A DNA stretch of 60,594 nucleotides, the filler included, from Sphingomonadaceae bacterium (lineage in GTDB: Bacteria > Chloroflexota > UBA6077), in assembly GCA_050261575.1 (NCBI GenBank). It is 4 parts of 4 records of this genome, joined end to end, with 100 filler letters (N's around TTAATTAATTAA, not from the genome) between each part and the next. Parts side by side here need not be neighbours in the genome. Positions count along the whole stretch, not along the records: positions 12,173 to 35,739 come from JBLNDL010000081.1; 3 more parts are not named here. One strand, 5' to 3'. This document shows, in pieces, positions 19,412-29,757 of the stretch. Numbering within the stretch: position 1 is the first letter of the stretch; every line of letters starts with the position of its first letter. Both the position numbers and the translations under genes were made by a program. The notes beneath the pieces are model-generated. The model was not told the DNA's origin. It saw only the letters and a program-made list of their open reading frames with translations, and did no database searches.

Positions 19412-19948
19412 CTAGATGCGTGGAACCCGATAGTTGGTATCGGCCCTAAGGCCGAGCAGGTTCAGGTAACGGTCGTCCCCATCCCCGGGGAAGGCAAGGA
19501 CGCAGGGAGAGGGAACGTTGCCGTAGAGGTCGTTGGTTATCGCGGAGTAGGAGACGGCGGTACCCAGTGATCCGGTGTTGACCAGGAGCCGGCAGACGTA
19601 CGGTGGGTTCAGGGGAGTCGAGATCAGCCGGGTCAGGTATCGCCCGCCGATCACCCCCAGATCGTGCAGGAGGCTGGAAGTGCTCTTCCTCTCGAGGTCG
19701 GCCAGCCGGTCTGCAAAGCCCTTTCGCCGCTGGATCTCCTTTAGGAAGCCCTGTCCCACATCCTCCAGCACCACCGGCCAGCCCGCCTGTTCGCAGCTCT
19801 CCACGAAGGCGGGAAACCGCGAGAGCATCTGTGCCTCCCACTCGGGGGGGTAGACGAAGACCCAGATGTCGGGCCTTCCCCGCCCCTCACCCCACTCTCT
19901 GACCTTCTGACGCAAGGCGTCGAAGCCGGCTTCGATGGAACGCCTCAT
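19412..19948 (-). CDS. brxB: BREX BrxB-like protein (DUF1788-like)
   Basis: 178 aa between brxA and brxC; 'VFVYPPEWE', 'VLAFPG...LNLLG...NYRVPRI'; ATGA overlap with brxA. Confidence 0.7.
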   Translation of the reverse strand: MRRSIEAGFDALRQKVREWGEGRGRPDIWVFVYPPEWEAQMLSRFPAFVESCEQAGWPVVLEDVGQGFLKEIQRRKGFADRLADLERKSTSSLLHDLGVIGGRYLTRLISTPLNPPYVCRLLVNTGSLGTAVSYSAITNDLYGNVPSPCVLAFPGDGDDRYLNLLGLRADTNYRVPRI

Positions 19949-20781
19949 GGGGCCGGCACCTCCAATCTGGGCAACTGCAACTCCACCACTTCGGCCTGCA
20001 TGCGGAACCGGAGGGCGCCCTCCCTGGCCGCGGCGCGGAGCAGATCCGCCACCTGCTCGCCCCCCATCCCCAACAGCCGAAACCACCGCGACTCCAGGGT
20101 TTGCCTGGGGGTGAGCCCTTCGAGCAGAGCGAAGCGACTGGCCAGCAGGGCGAAGGGCGTGCCCGGCCTCGGTCGCACCGTGCGTCTGGTGATGGAACCG
20201 CGCAGCACGCCACAGTCCTTCAGCGCAGCCAGCAGGTGCTGCCGAACGCTCACCACGGTCTCTGGCGACCAACTCACGCCCTCGGTTCTCAGGCAGCGTT
20301 CCACTGTCCGCTGGACCTCATCCGAGGACACCACGGTGCCATCCCGAGTCAGGAGAGGGCTGATCGACTCCAGAGTTACGTCCCTGAACAACCGATCGGT
20401 GCGAGCCATCATCAGCAGGCAGAGCAATCCCCGTTCGGAGGGACTAGAGGTGGAAGCCATGGCCGACAGGAAGGCCGCACTCTCGGGGATCGAGCAGTCG
20501 AGGATGTACCGTAGTCGAAGTTGCTGCCACAGCTTCTGTCTGGAGGCCGCGGACCGCTTCCCGGCGACGTTCTGGTCGAGCACCAGACGGCGAAACTCCT
20601 CGACGGAGGCATGGGGAGGCGCCGCTGCCAGCACGGACTCGAGGTCGGCGCGTCTTGATGCAGCAGCGGCAAGTCGGGCGGTCAGAGGTTGGGATTCGGG
20701 AGCCTCGAGACTGCCTCCCGCTTTCTTGGTGAGGACGGGTTCCGCCCGCTTCTTTCGATCGTGGTTCGACACAGTACGCAT
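19945..20781 (-). CDS. brxA: BREX BrxA-like DNA-binding protein (DUF1819-like)
   Basis: First gene of the operon; 'LDQNVAGKRS', 'LRLRY', 'DRLFRD', 'WSPETVVSVRQHLLAALKDCGVL'. Confidence 0.65.
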   Translation of the reverse strand: MRTVSNHDRKKRAEPVLTKKAGGSLEAPESQPLTARLAAAASRRADLESVLAAAPPHASVEEFRRLVLDQNVAGKRSAASRQKLWQQLRLRYILDCSIPESAAFLSAMASTSSPSERGLLCLLMMARTDRLFRDVTLESISPLLTRDGTVVSSDEVQRTVERCLRTEGVSWSPETVVSVRQHLLAALKDCGVLRGSITRRTVRPRPGTPFALLASRFALLEGLTPRQTLESRWFRLLGMGGEQVADLLRAAAREGALRFRMQAEVVELQLPRLEVPAP

Positions 20782-20930
20782 CTCCAGAGGGCACCAACCC
20801 GGGTTCTATTCTGTTCTCTCGACGCTTTGACCTGGAATGGCTGACCGGATGAGCGACCTGGGGGAAGGGACGGTGCCTCGTAGACTCGAGTGTAGGGTCC
20901 GCGGTTGTTGGTGAGCGAAGACCCGGCCTG

Positions 20931-20960
20931 ATTGTAGCAGAAGGTGGCGCTCGGTGACAG
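20931..20960 (-). promoter_or_regulatory. Putative brxA operon promoter
   Basis: Minus strand CTGTCA-18nt-TACAAT with TGn extended -10. Confidence 0.45.
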
Positions 20961-21167
20961 GCGGGCTGTGGGGCGAAACTGGGATTGAAGGTCAAGTTCG
21001 CGAAGATCGAAGCCGCCCGAAGCCCGCCTCAGCCGGACGGGGCGTCGTCTGCAAGAGCCTCCAAGGGCTCCAAGACCCCGCGAAGATCAGGTCTTACCTC
21101 AAGCAGGAAAACGCAACGCCCTCGCGGGGGCGCGGGGGCGTACTGCTGCCTGAGGGGGCGCTGGCCT

Positions 21168-21821
21168 CTACCCCTTCTTCATCTTGCGCTCGAGGGCGTT
21201 CACGAGTTGCGAAAGGGGCAGAGTCATGATCAAGTAGATCAGCGACACGTAGCCGAAGACCTCGATCGAGCGCAGCGTCCGCCCGTTGATCTCGCGTCCC
21301 ACGCGCATCAAGTCGCTGATGCCGATGATGGCGACCAGAGAAGAGTCCTTGAGGAGGGCGATGAACTCGTTGCCCAGCGGTGGCAGGCAGAAGCGGAACG
21401 CCTGCGGGACGATAACGTGAGCCATCGACTGGCTGTACGACAAACCCAACGAGCGAGCGGCCTCCATCTGCCCTTTGGAGATGGACTGGATGCCGGCGCG
21501 GAAGATCTCGGCGTTGTAGGCAGACGAGTTGAGGCTCAGAGCGATCAGACCCGACATGAACTCCGGAATATTGATGCCCAGGCTGCCCAACCCGAAGTAG
21601 ATCATGAAGATCTGCGCCAAGAGCGGGGTGCCACGCATGAACTCGATGTAGGCTGTCGTGGGGGCGGAGAGAAGCGGATTCTTCGAGATCCTCAGCAGGG
21701 CGAGGACGAGTCCGAGCACCACACCGGCGACGATTGCGTAGACGGTGAGCTGGATCGTGATCCAGGCGCCGGCAATGAGCTGCGGGAGTATGGACTGCAG
21801 AAACACCAGATCGATGGGCAA
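21168..21821 (-). CDS. Polar amino acid ABC transporter permease
   Basis: 'YIEFMRGTPLL', 'AYNAEIFRAGIQSISKGQMEAA', 'LKDSSL'. Confidence 0.95.
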   Translation of the reverse strand: MPIDLVFLQSILPQLIAGAWITIQLTVYAIVAGVVLGLVLALLRISKNPLLSAPTTAYIEFMRGTPLLAQIFMIYFGLGSLGINIPEFMSGLIALSLNSSAYNAEIFRAGIQSISKGQMEAARSLGLSYSQSMAHVIVPQAFRFCLPPLGNEFIALLKDSSLVAIIGISDLMRVGREINGRTLRSIEVFGYVSLIYLIMTLPLSQLVNALERKMKKG

Positions 21822-22007
21822 CCTAGTAGCCCCCTACCCACGTGAGAATCGCTCGGCCGCCAGCCAGGCCCGAACCCTGCTCAGGACGCCGGCCACCATC
21901 GGCAGTTGCACGGCGAGGGAACAAGGGGCCGAAGCCCCTTGTCCCCCCTGAGCCGTGACCATCGTCGGGCCAAAGCAGTACGGCATTGGCCGAGGAGGCT
22001 GAACCGT

Positions 22008-22910
22008 CTACATCCCCCACTTCTGGAGGATCTTGTCGTAGGTACCGTCCTTCTTCGCGGCAGCCACGAAGTCGTCGAACGCCTTGACCAGATCATCGGC
22101 GCCCTTCTGGAACGCAGCGCCGATGTTCTCGGAGGTGAAGGGCTTCCGGTCGGCCACCTTGACCTTGGGGTGGGTCTTCACGAAGTCGAGGGCCACCATG
22201 GCATCGATGACGCCCGCGTCGACCTTTCCTTGCTCCACCGCCAGCATCGTCTCGGCGCCACCGTCGAACTTGCGAATCTCCAGTCCGCCGATCTTCTCGG
22301 CCGCTTCCTGGCCGGTGGTGTCGATCTGCACCGCCACGACCTTGCCCTTCAGATCGTCGGGGCCCTTGATGGTCGTGTTATCCGCCGGTACGACGATCAT
22401 CTGCCCGGCCGCATAGTACGGCTGCGAGAAGGCCATCTCCTTCTTGCGCTCCTCGGTGATGGTGACGCTGGACATTATGGCGTCACCCTTGCCCTGCTTG
22501 AGGCCGACGAAGATGCCGTCCCAGTTGATGTTCTGGATCTCGAGCTTGACGCCGAGCGACTTGGCGAACGCCTCCGCCATGTCCACGTCGAACCCGACGA
22601 TCGTGCCCGCCTCGTCCTTGAACTCCATCGGCCGGAAGGTGGCATCCATCAACACGACAATCTTGCCAGCCTTCTTGATGCGGTCGATGTTCGGACCGCT
22701 GGCGGCGGCCGCGGCCGGGGCCGGGGTTGCCGCTGCGGGGCTCGTGGCGACAGGCGCCGCGGCCTTGGTCGCCGCGGGCGAAGCCGCCGGTGCCGACGTC
22801 GCCGCCGGCTTGGTCGGCGTCGGGGCAGCCGCCTGCTGCTGGCACGCGGCCATCAGGGATAGCGCGACGACCAGAACCGGTAGCAGGTAGTACCGCTGTG
22901 CTTTACGCAA
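22008..22910 (-). CDS. Polar amino acid ABC substrate-binding lipoprotein
   Basis: Lipobox MAAC; 'GFDVDMA', 'ITEERKKEMAFSQPY'. Confidence 0.93.
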   Translation of the reverse strand: MRKAQRYYLLPVLVVALSLMAACQQQAAAPTPTKPAATSAPAASPAATKAAAPVATSPAAATPAPAAAAASGPNIDRIKKAGKIVVLMDATFRPMEFKDEAGTIVGFDVDMAEAFAKSLGVKLEIQNINWDGIFVGLKQGKGDAIMSSVTITEERKKEMAFSQPYYAAGQMIVVPADNTTIKGPDDLKGKVVAVQIDTTGQEAAEKIGGLEIRKFDGGAETMLAVEQGKVDAGVIDAMVALDFVKTHPKVKVADRKPFTSENIGAAFQKGADDLVKAFDDFVAAAKKDGTYDKILQKWGM

Positions 22911-23055
22911 TCCTCCACTCCTCTCTACAGTGATGCGCTGGGCGCCCTCAAAGCCTGTCGCTCAGCTTCTGTCGTATGGATCACGTGGGCAGGTACCTCT
23001 GGAGAGAGTGCGCGTTCCCCAACCGGAGAAGCTGACTCGAACTGGAGATACCTGT

Positions 23056-23790
23056 CTAGTGCTTGAGCACCTTGCTCAGGAACTGTTGCGTCCGCGCTTC
23101 CCGCGGACAGGAGAAGAACGCGTCGGGATCGTTCTCTTCGACGATGAGGCCGTCGTCCATGAAGACGACGCGGTCGGCCACCTCGCGAGCGAAGCCCATC
23201 TCGTGGGTGACGATCATCATCGTCATTCCGTCGCGTGCCAGATCGCGCATGACGTCCAGCACTTCCTTGATCATCTCGGGGTCCAAAGCGGAGGTGGGTT
23301 CGTCGAAGAGCATCAGCTTCGGGTTCATCGCCAAGGCGCGGGCGATGGCCACACGCTGCTGCTGGCCACCGGAGAGCTGGGTCGGATAAGCGTTCGCCTT
23401 GTCGGGGATGCCAACGCGCTTCAGCAAGCGCATCGCGGTCTCCTGCGCCTCCTCTTTCGAGACTTTGCGCACCTTGATCGGCGCGAGGGTGATGTTGTCT
23501 ATCACCGAGAGGTGCGGGAAGAGGTTGAACTGCTGGAAGACCATGCCGATTTCCCGACGCAGGGCGTTCACGTCGACGTGGCGTGCCCCAACCTCGACCC
23601 CGTCCACCACCACCCGGCCACTGGTCACGGACTCGAGATGATTGATGCACCGAAGCAGCGTGCTCTTGCCAGAGCCGCTTGGCCCGCACACCACCACCAC
23701 CTCTCGCTCCTGAATCGAGAGATTCACACCCTTCAACACGTGGAGGCGGTTGAACCACTTCTGAACGTCGATGATGTCTATGAAAGCCAG
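23056..23790 (-). CDS. Polar amino acid ABC ATP-binding protein (GlnQ-like); probable CTG start
   Basis: [25 protein letters not shown]; homologous N-terminus '[16 protein letters not shown]' extends upstream of the GTG at 23739. Confidence 0.93.
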   Translation of the reverse strand: MAFIDIIDVQKWFNRLHVLKGVNLSIQEREVVVVCGPSGSGKSTLLRCINHLESVTSGRVVVDGVEVGARHVDVNALRREIGMVFQQFNLFPHLSVIDNITLAPIKVRKVSKEEAQETAMRLLKRVGIPDKANAYPTQLSGGQQQRVAIARALAMNPKLMLFDEPTSALDPEMIKEVLDVMRDLARDGMTMMIVTHEMGFAREVADRVVFMDDGLIVEENDPDAFFSCPREARTQQFLSKVLKH

Positions 23791-24215
23791 TTCGCTGCCC
23801 TCGCTTGCCAGTGCAACAGGTGGAGACGTGGAGAGACTCGGGCACGGTTCCTGGGCCCCGAACCCAAGCCGCGGTATTATAGTCGGGCCCGTCTCACCCT
23901 GTCAACGAAAGCGAAGCTGCCAACATTGTTCCATCCCGCCCCGCGACGTAGTACAATAGATGCCCGCAAGTGTCTTGTCCCCGCCCGTTCTTTCCAAGAC
24001 GATGCTCGGCAGCATGGGAGCCCTGCGCCCTAGGGCCGGCGGGCGTCACGAGCAGGCAGCCCGATCTCCACACCCGGCACCGGTTTCCCTGTTCTTCGGT
24101 TATCATTATGGAAAGCTGTGCTCGTGGCCCCGGTCAGAAGGCCGACCACCCTGGGGTCGCAGACCCAGCGCGGGACCGCAAGAGCGCCAGTCCTTAAGGA
24201 GGTAGCCAGTCGACG

Positions 24216-24926
24216 ATGACGGCCGAAAACGTCCACGTCTATTGCGGGCACGCGCTGCTGGGGCACAAGCTGGCCCTGCTGCGCGATAGACGCACCCCGC
24301 CCGCCAGATTCAGCCAGCTTCTCAAAGAGATCTCTCTCATGCTCATCTCCCACGCGACCGCCGATCTGCCGACGCGCGAGGTGCCGGTGGTCACCCCAGT
24401 CGGATTGACCACCCAACGGGTGCTCGACAAGCGAGTGGGCTTCGCACCCATCCTGCGTGCCGGCGCGGGGATGATCCCGGCCGCCCAGGAGCTGCTCCCC
24501 GGCGCCCCGATCTGGTACCTGGGCCTCTACCGCGATGAGGAGACGCTCCGGCCAGTTCGCTACTACGACAAGCTTCAGAGCTATCCCCCCGTGGATATCG
24601 CCTTCATCCTCGATCCCATGCTGGCCACCGGGGGCTCGGCGGTCCTCGCCGCGACCCGCCTCAAGCAGAAGGGCGTCAAGAAGGTGAGCTTCGTCGGCCT
24701 GATCGCGGCGCCGGATGGGTTGGAGTGCCTCCACCGCGAGCATCCGGACGTCGAGGTGCATGTCGCCGCCGTGGACGAGGGTCTCAACGAGCACGCCTAC
24801 ATAGTGCCCGGCCTCGGAGATGCCGGCGACCGTCAAAACGCAACCGGCGCCAACGACCCGACGGGTGATCCCTTCGTGCCCGAGGAGATTCCGGCCGAGC
24901 TTCGCGGCCAGGCCAAACTGCTGTAG
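24216..24926 (+). CDS. upp: Uracil phosphoribosyltransferase
   Basis: 'PILRAG', 'LDPMLATGGS', 'YIVPGLGDAGDR'. Confidence 0.96.
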   Translation: MTAENVHVYCGHALLGHKLALLRDRRTPPARFSQLLKEISLMLISHATADLPTREVPVVTPVGLTTQRVLDKRVGFAPILRAGAGMIPAAQELLPGAPIWYLGLYRDEETLRPVRYYDKLQSYPPVDIAFILDPMLATGGSAVLAATRLKQKGVKKVSFVGLIAAPDGLECLHREHPDVEVHVAAVDEGLNEHAYIVPGLGDAGDRQNATGANDPTGDPFVPEEIPAELRGQAKLL

Positions 24927-25115
24927 CTACACCGCTCTCGGGCAGCCGGGTGGCGTTGCGCCAGGATGGAGCATGCCGCGCCAGGCAGCCCGCGACGGCC
25001 CAGAGTGGCACTTCGCCACGCCGTCCGGGCGGCAGTATTGGGGGTGAACCCACCGCCGCAGCGGCCTGAGCGGGGGCGGGAGTAGCTTCACTAACTGAAA
25101 GAAAAGAGGGGGCGC

Positions 25116-26471
25116 ATGGTAAGCAAGGCAAACAACGACGTGGTCTTCCCCGAGCAGTCGCTGCCGACAGGGCGGACGATTGGGCTCGGCTTCCAGCACG
25201 TCATCGCGATGTTCGGTGCCACGGTCCTCGCACCGGTCCTGATGGGCTTCGATCCAAACCTCGCGGTCTTCTTCTCCGGCATCGGCACGTTCATCTTCTT
25301 GCTGATCGTCCGCGGGCGAATCCCCAGCTACCTCGGTAGCTCCTTCGCCTTCATCGGCCCCGTGCTCGCGGCCAAGAGCCACGGCGGGGTTCCCGCCGCC
25401 CTCGGCGGCATCGCCGCCGCCTCGGTCGTCTACTTCATCATCGGCATGCTGGTAAAGACACGGACGGGGACCCGAGCTATCCAGATCCTGATGCCGCCGC
25501 CGGTCACCGCGGCCGTGGTGGCGGTCATCGGCATCGGTCTTGCACCGGTTGCCTGGGGCAGTGCCTCCAAGGATTGGACTCTCGCCCTCATCACCCTGGC
25601 CGTGGCCATCTTCGTCGCGGTGGCAACCCGAGGCTTCACCAAGCTGATCCCCATCCTCATCGCCGTGGTCGTCGGCTACCTGGCTGCAGCGCTGATGGGC
25701 AAGGTGGACTTCAGCGGCGTCGCCGCGGCTGCCTGGTTCGGCCTTCCCAGCTTCGTCACCCCGACCATCAGCCTCGAGGCCGTCTCTCTCATCGTCCCGG
25801 TCGTCGTGATGCTGGTCGCGGAGAACATCGGCCACGTCAAGGCGGTCTCGGCCTACATGGATCGCGACCTCACGCCCGAGATCGGCAACGCCTTCATCGG
25901 AGATGCAGTCGGCACCTTCGTCTCGGCACTCGGCGGCGGCACCGGCCAGACCACCTACGCCGAAAACATCGGCGTCATGTCGATCACCAAGGTCTACTCG
26001 ATCCGGCCGCTCCAGGTCGCGGCGGCCACAGCCATCTTCCTGGGGCTGGTCCCCAAGTTCGGCGCCCTCATCCTCTCCATCCCCACGCCGGTGATGGGCG
26101 GCATCTCCCTGGTCCTCTTCGGGATGATCGCAGGCGCCAGCACCAAGGTGATCTCCTCGGCCACCGAGGATTGGGGTAGCCTGGAAAACTTCGGCGTGTA
26201 CGGCATCTCCATCGCCGTGTGCGCAGCGCTCGTCGGCGTGTTCGGCGCGAACGGCGCCCTCAACGAGGCGCTCAAGCCTGCGACCCCGCTGCCCACGACG
26301 GTTCAGATCGGCTTCGTCCAGTTGGATGCCATCGGTGCCGCGACCTTCTTCGCGGTGCTGCTCAACCTGGCCATCGTCCTGGTAAAGAAGCTGAGTCCCC
26401 TCGCCGATCGGTCGATCGGCCGGAGCCAAACGGATGGCCAGCCTCAACCATTGACGGCAGTGGAATCATGA
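25116..26471 (+). CDS. NCS2 family uracil permease (UraA/PyrP-like)
   Basis: 'QHVIAMFGATVLAP', 'YLGSSFAF', 'TTYAENIG'; next to upp. Confidence 0.93.
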   Translation: MVSKANNDVVFPEQSLPTGRTIGLGFQHVIAMFGATVLAPVLMGFDPNLAVFFSGIGTFIFLLIVRGRIPSYLGSSFAFIGPVLAAKSHGGVPAALGGIAAASVVYFIIGMLVKTRTGTRAIQILMPPPVTAAVVAVIGIGLAPVAWGSASKDWTLALITLAVAIFVAVATRGFTKLIPILIAVVVGYLAAALMGKVDFSGVAAAAWFGLPSFVTPTISLEAVSLIVPVVVMLVAENIGHVKAVSAYMDRDLTPEIGNAFIGDAVGTFVSALGGGTGQTTYAENIGVMSITKVYSIRPLQVAAATAIFLGLVPKFGALILSIPTPVMGGISLVLFGMIAGASTKVISSATEDWGSLENFGVYGISIAVCAALVGVFGANGALNEALKPATPLPTTVQIGFVQLDAIGAATFFAVLLNLAIVLVKKLSPLADRSIGRSQTDGQPQPLTAVES

Positions 26472-26529
26472 GTCTATGATCCTCCTGTAAAGGTTGGGGA
26501 GCGCAGGCCCAAGAGGGTGAGGATGCGCC

Positions 26530-27297
26530 ATGGAAGTGCCCAAGCCCGAGCAGTTCGGCCTTACCTTGGAGCGGATCCACCAGGTGGAAGACCGGCTGTG
26601 GCGGCTGCGGCTGGTGGCCGCCATCGCCATCGGGTTGGCGGCTGGCTTGCTGGGCCTCTATCTGCTGCATGGCTTCCTCCTCTCCAAGGGCTCCAGAGAT
26701 ATCGTGTTCGATACGCTCATGGTCGCGCTCCCCATTTCCATCTTCGTCGGCGCGGCCGGCGGCATGGCGTCCTTCATCCTGCTACTGAGCCTCCCCGTAT
26801 CCTTAGGTGAGGATCACGCGAGGTTGCGCCGGTACCAGGCGGCGGTGGCCCAGGTCAGAAGGCAGCTTCGTAAGGCGTACCACGATCATTGGGCCGGTAT
26901 GGGGGAGAAGCGGCTGCGCCGCGAGGTCGGGGAGCTGTACCGCCGCCTGGGCTACGAGCTGCTGCCAGTCCCAAAGGGCAAGGCAGAATCGGCGGATCTC
27001 GTCCTCAGGAAAGAAGGCACCACGGTGCTGGTCAACTGCCGGCCCCGAGAGGCTCCGGTGGACTGGCAACAGGTGCGTGCCGTCGCCGAGGCGCGAGAGC
27101 GCCTCAAGGTGGACCATGCCCTGGTAATCTCGATCCCCGGCTTCACCGCCAGAGCCAAGCGCTTCGCCGCCAACAGACCGCTCGGCCTCCTATCGCTGCG
27201 AGAACTGGTCAACATGCAACTCCACCTGGAGGATCAGGAGGGGGCGAAGACAGAAGCCCTCTCCCCCTCCGAAGAGCAGCCACCCCGGCAGCTCTAG
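26530..27297 (+). CDS. Membrane-anchored Mrr-like restriction-endonuclease-fold protein
   Basis: Two N-terminal TM helices; 'LYRRLGYE...ADLVLRKEGTTVLVNCR...VISIPGFTARAKRFA'. Confidence 0.75.
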   Translation: MEVPKPEQFGLTLERIHQVEDRLWRLRLVAAIAIGLAAGLLGLYLLHGFLLSKGSRDIVFDTLMVALPISIFVGAAGGMASFILLLSLPVSLGEDHARLRRYQAAVAQVRRQLRKAYHDHWAGMGEKRLRREVGELYRRLGYELLPVPKGKAESADLVLRKEGTTVLVNCRPREAPVDWQQVRAVAEARERLKVDHALVISIPGFTARAKRFAANRPLGLLSLRELVNMQLHLEDQEGAKTEALSPSEEQPPRQL

Positions 27298-28745
27298 AAC
27301 ACCGGTCGCTCGATCACCGTCCACGCCACGAAGTATGCGGCCACCACCACGGCCCAGATCAGGTTGATGGCTATCGCCCACCACTCGATCCTGATGTTCT
27401 TCGGCAGGATCGTGTAGTTCAGCCACACCAGCATCACCGTGAGCCACGCGTGGACCAGGTTTCCAAGCCAGTTGGTGGCCACCCAGATCAGGTAGGGGGT
27501 CGCCTGCCAGACCGCCCACATTCCCACCAGGGTTATGAAACCCAGCGCCGCGAAGTACCAGGTACGGTACCCCAGCCTGCGCCAGCTCTCTGGCGCCTCC
27601 AACTGGACCGCCTCCGACAGCATTCGAGCGATGCCGTCGTTCACCGAGAACTGGGAGTCGAACAGGGCAAAGACCAGCACCAGGGCGAACAGAGTGAAGC
27701 CGATCTGCCCGTAAGCCGACCCGAAGACCTCAGCCAGCACGACCGCTATCCTCGCCCCCGTCGGGACCTGCATGTTGTAGATGACGGCGGCCGAGTAGCC
27801 GGCCAGGCTGGCGAAGTAGGTGAACAGGATGCCGCCTATCACTATGAAGAACAGCAGCAGGTTGGTCATGTTCAACCGCATCCAGCCCTGGAATCGCCTG
27901 AGCTGGATGGGGTCCTCAGTATCGAACATCAGCCCAATCTGCCGTATGTCCTCCTCCTTCGTGACGAGGCCGGTCAGCTTTCCCATGTGGGCGCCCATGC
28001 CCATGCCCTTCTCGCGGATCCAGTAGGTCTGCCAGAAGTTCCAGAACCCGCCCGCCGGCTGGTTGAAGAACGGGCCCACGATGGCGAAGGTGATGCCAGC
28101 GGGGATGACGCCGAAGGCGAACCAGCCTGAGGTGACTGTGGCGACTGCCTCCGGCCTGGTCATGGCGATGGTCATGAAAACCATGCCGAAGTTGGCCACC
28201 ACGAAGGCTGCGTACATCAGCCACTCGAGGGTGTTGTACACGTACTTGCTGGCGGCGAACAGGATGAACACCAGGCCGATGCCCACCATGCCGTAGATCT
28301 CCGGCTGGCCCCCCACCAGGAAGGCCAAGCCCGCCATCGCGCCACCTATCCACGCGGGCCACCCCTGCTGGACCAGGCAGAAGAGCGCAGCGAAGGGCCC
28401 CCAGAACTTGGCGGGTGGCAGGCGGGTGAAGCCTTGCAGAACCGTCTCGCCTGTCGCCATCGTGTAGCGGCCGATCTCCCGATTCATGAAGATCTGGAAG
28501 AAGCAGGAGACGATGTACAGCCAGAAGATGCCGGCAAACCTCTGGGCGGCAGCGTAGCCGGCGTTGTATGCCTCGAAGCCGCCCACCGAGAGGGCACCCA
28601 GGATGACCGCAGGGCCGGCCCACTGGAGAAGACCCTTCAGGCCCAGTTGCGGCGGCTCCGGCAACTCGCGCAACTCCCACGCGGGCTTGATGGTTCCGCC
28701 AGGGACCTTGCCCGGGATCGGTCCACGTAACACCCCTTCTGCCAT
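27294..28745 (-). CDS. Nramp-like (APC superfamily) permease
   Basis: 'GPAVILGALSVGGFE', 'EIGRYTMATGET'; multiple TM segments; RBS ggagg. Confidence 0.8.
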   Translation of the reverse strand: MAEGVLRGPIPGKVPGGTIKPAWELRELPEPPQLGLKGLLQWAGPAVILGALSVGGFEAYNAGYAAAQRFAGIFWLYIVSCFFQIFMNREIGRYTMATGETVLQGFTRLPPAKFWGPFAALFCLVQQGWPAWIGGAMAGLAFLVGGQPEIYGMVGIGLVFILFAASKYVYNTLEWLMYAAFVVANFGMVFMTIAMTRPEAVATVTSGWFAFGVIPAGITFAIVGPFFNQPAGGFWNFWQTYWIREKGMGMGAHMGKLTGLVTKEEDIRQIGLMFDTEDPIQLRRFQGWMRLNMTNLLLFFIVIGGILFTYFASLAGYSAAVIYNMQVPTGARIAVVLAEVFGSAYGQIGFTLFALVLVFALFDSQFSVNDGIARMLSEAVQLEAPESWRRLGYRTWYFAALGFITLVGMWAVWQATPYLIWVATNWLGNLVHAWLTVMLVWLNYTILPKNIRIEWWAIAINLIWAVVVAAYFVAWTVIERPVF

Positions 28746-29757
28746 GGGAAAAGCCTCCCTCCACACCGATGCCACTACCAAGCGAACGACCAATGGAGCT
28801 ATTCCCGGTGGTACGTGCACGGTTGTGGAGGGGGCCTGGGAGGGGGGCGGGCGCGTTGGGACTGATATGCGGGCGCGCCCAGCCACCGGGGCACCACCGG
28901 CTCCAGGCCACGCACCCCAGCCAATTGCACCCTTAGAAGGGGGCTCCGCATCTCCACCAATGGCTGGCTCCTGCTCAGAGCGGGCACTCCCGCCAGGCCT
29001 CAACGATTGCGCCGAGAACCCGAGCACCACAGTGGAAGCAGATGGTTTCAGACCGGAGTACTACATCTTGGTAAGAGCGCTACAGCATGCAATAGCGTTG
29101 TCCGTAGACAAACATTCTGCAAGAAAAGGACCATCACCATCGTACTCTGGCGAATGCCGTAGAGGTGTTGGAGCACGGCATGCCCCATCCACCGCTCTTG
29201 GCCTTCGTGGCAGAGGAGGCCAGTCTGACACTTCAGCCGCGATGAGCCGAACGAGTAAGTACGCACCTCTTCACTTCTCTGTCGCTTCTGAGTTATGATG
29301 GTGCACCTAGTGAACTCCAACTGTCGTCAGACGGGATCCTTGTTCGAACTCTTGCTTACACGACAGGAGCAGGCGGGGGATGGCGTCGATGCGAGGAGTA
29401 ACCGGTATGGTTGTTCTCGGATCACGCGGGAGGGTCGTGATAACCCCAGGCGTCCGCCGCGCGAAGGATGACGTCGCGGAGATGTCGCAGCACAACTGCG
29501 GCCTCGTCGCTCCCCCCAACACGGCCGTAGCGAGCATCACACCACTTTCCCCTGGCCTCGCCCGCGGGCCTCCGTATCCACCTGACACTTCCTTGGCACC
29601 ACTCTCCCGCAAGTGCTCCAACAGGTATGTCTTGCGGCCGTTCTTCCATCCTGGTCCGATGGTGCAAGGGAGACTGGAACGATCGGCTATAGGCGTCGTA
29701 CTGGCGATGCACGACCGATTCTCCGACGTAATCAGACTGCGATCGGGAGGTGTTACC

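Noticed and set aside
24927..25115. PyrR-type attenuator or riboswitch before the uracil permease
   Set aside because: GC-rich and foldable, but no PyrR-binding consensus or U-tract terminator recognised.
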